A stretch of 62,271 bases of DNA, filler included, from Globobulimina sp. (Eukaryota), in the NCBI GenBank assembly GCA_003354225.1. It is 32 parts of 32 records of this genome, joined end to end, with 100 filler letters (N's around TTAATTAATTAA, not from the genome) between each part and the next. Parts side by side here need not be neighbours in the genome. Positions count along the whole stretch, not along the records: positions 60,424 to 62,271 come from PIVH01011272.1; 31 more parts are not named here. One strand, 5' to 3'. A model generated the notes under the pieces. It was given only the letters and a program-made list of their open reading frames with translations. It ran no database searches and was not told the DNA's origin. Of this stretch, positions 60,424-62,271 are shown in pieces (within the stretch, counting starts at the first letter, position 1; each line of letters opens with the position of its first letter). Made by a program: the position numbers and the translations under genes.

Positions 60424-61927
60424 CATCAATACTTTTGGTTGGATCTTTGCTAATTTTATACCACTTACTTTGTCGTATAATATATACTTTTCATCCAAAT
60501 GTCTGCAGCCTGGATCTATATAGACACACCATGCAAAACCAGCAGGTTTAAAGCCTTGCGAAAATAACGAATTTACTGGTTCAAAGACATCGGACTTTTG
60601 ATTGTTGACTTTGCATATCGACCGGACATTGCTTGTAAACGATCTGAACATTGTTATTGCGGCATCATCAAAACCACAATGAAATCGCATTTTATCTTCG
60701 ATTATTTTCGGGAACATAGCATTATATGCACTGCTTGAGTCGTTTGACGTTAATACCGTCGGGAAACCGCAGCAAACCATCTCATCGATATCAGTAATCA
60801 TATCAATGAGGCAATCTTCAGAGCCACATGCCATTTTCGCCGCATATTGGTGGATTGATAATAAATTATACGTTTCTGCGTACTCAGCAATTCGATTATA
60901 TATCATATTAATATATACTTTTAAAAATATTTACTCCGTATTCGAGCGGACGCAGTGAACCAATCAGCCGCTTATCTTTCCCACTTTTAAGCAGCGGGTT
61001 CATCAATCTTTCATTCATGTTGTTTGTAATAACTCCATTATCTTTCCACCAATCAAAAATAAACAAAAATATATCAGATATTTGATGCTCAGCGTGTCTG
61101 AGTAGCCATAGATGTACGGCACCATGAAACGCCTTATTTGGGTCAATTTGATATAATGAATAATGAAATTCCGACTTTGTGAATGGGCCAACTAATTTTT
61201 TTAATGCTAATTTCCATTTTGCAACTTCATCCAATTGATATTTATTTAATTGATTTGCATCTATTTCAGCCCATATTTTCGGTCTAAAATCGTAAGGTTT
61301 ATCTAATTCGCGGGCCTTTGTTCTTGATCTTTTTATGGATTTATCATACAACGGATTTGATTCGTGGCCAATCGTATTCATATATTTTGATATTATATTT
61401 GCCTTTTCCTTGTCATCAAAAATAAAATCATCATATTTTAAATTTGCGTTTTTTTCATCGGATATCTTTTTTATTGCTATTGATGGCCTAATTAATTTAC
61501 CGATTTCCCTGTCATTGTTTCTATCATTGTCACCAAATTATACCATGACTTTGTTTTAAATTCATTTATAGTCTTCAAATCATGCTTTGTTTTGTTTTTA
61601 CGATTTATATTTCGCATAATACGGCTCTTGATTCTGTCCATTTGTTTCCAATTTTGGTGTATATTCCATCGTTTATGGCCAATCCTGTCAATAATCATCG
61701 CATCCTGACACTTTTTATCATTATTTCCACGCTTTGCATTCCATTTTTTCCTGGTATTTATTACTGACTTTATTATCGATTTATATTTTTTATAATATGC
61801 ACGCGTACTATTAATAATATCCTTTGTTTCTTTGTTTAATACTAATACTTTTCAAACGTGCTTCGTAATTTGACCAAAATGATACTTTGCCGAATTTATT
61901 AATACTTTTTTTGAGTGGTTCATAATT
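60424..61927 (-). pseudogene. Decayed non-LTR (LINE-like) retrotransposon reverse transcriptase
   Basis: PLLKSGKD....SLRPL, QYA.K....EDCL, DSSSAYN, SQGFKPAGFAWCVYID; stop plus frameshift at 60907-60910 and fragmented upstream ORFs. Confidence 0.75.
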
Positions 61928-62070
61928 AATGATATCATTTTTTCCGGGATGATCCGCGCCCTTGAAGAAAAGGGCCTTACGGTATATACACATTCAAAGG
62001 TACCCACCGGTGACGGTGGGATCAGTTTTGGCCAGGCAATAGCAGGGGCGGCCATGACCGGAGCGGCCAT
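61928..62070 (+). other. hypF: Bacterial HypF (hydrogenase maturation carbamoyltransferase) C-terminal fragment
   Basis: NDIIFSGMIRALEEKGLTVYTHSKVPTGDGGISFGQA matches the HypF terminal P.xDGGIS(L/F)GQ motif; higher GC than the flanks. Confidence 0.8.
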
Positions 62071-62271
62071 AAAAGGAGCCATAAAAGGAACAAAGGTAAG
62101 TGACCACAAGACAAATAACCACATAACTACATTAGAAAAGAGAGTAAGTAGCAACGCAATTATTGAGCCTAAAGTCGGCTGAAAAGTAAAAATAGATAAT
62201 CTTTGCTCACTAAAAGCCACATTTGTAATCAATTGGATTGCAAATGTACCAACAAATCCAAGAACGGCCAT

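Noticed and set aside
60907-60910. Programmed frameshift or stop readthrough in the non-LTR RT
   Set aside because: Several other stops and frame breaks upstream indicate ordinary decay
1-62271. Operon or gene-cluster interpretation across the window (e.g. lamin next to SIT-L, calmodulin-like next to Sfi1)
   Set aside because: These neighbours lie on different contigs ordered by length, so adjacency is meaningless
1-62271. Alternative genetic code
   Set aside because: Conserved genes end at TAA or TGA, and internal breaks are explained by GT-AG introns or indels

Overview
This window is not one locus. It is 32 unrelated short contigs of about 1.85 kb each, joined by 31 artificial ~100-nt spacers (N-run + TTAATTAATTAA + N-run, which puts stops in all six frames). 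Gene neighbourhood is therefore meaningful only within a contig, and ORF ends containing 'XXXX..LIN' are artefacts. The DNA is AT-rich eukaryotic nuclear sequence with the standard code and short (mostly ~45-80 nt) GT-AG introns. The gene content (7TM-RGS and RGS-DEP proteins, a SIT-like transporter, Sfi1, leishmanolysin, sulfotransferases) suggests a rhizarian protist, most plausibly a foraminiferan; this is an inference. Recognisable genes include an ABCD transporter, PIP kinase, serine carboxypeptidase, HscB, a cyclic-nucleotide PDE, a calmodulin-like protein, a CNBD K+ channel, an amine oxidase, HSDL2, importin-7, an XK-like protein and GGT. Mobile elements include a DIRS-type RT-RNaseH, a decayed non-LTR RT and two MITE-like families. 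The most notable items are: (1) a silicon-transporter-like (SIT-L) gene with an apparent frameshift; (2) a lamin-like protein with apparently two tail domains; (3) an ORF-less contig with two diverged ~190-nt repeats whose hairpin shows compensatory changes (candidate novel structured RNA or element); (4) an RGS domain with four DEP domains inserted; (5) a CAP-Gly/pallidin-like fusion; (6) a K+ channel filter built across a 10-nt micro-exon; (7) bacterial-looking fragments (HAF repeat, HypF) fused to host DNA, probably amplification or assembly chimeras. All family assignments come from motif recognition by eye; no searches were run.
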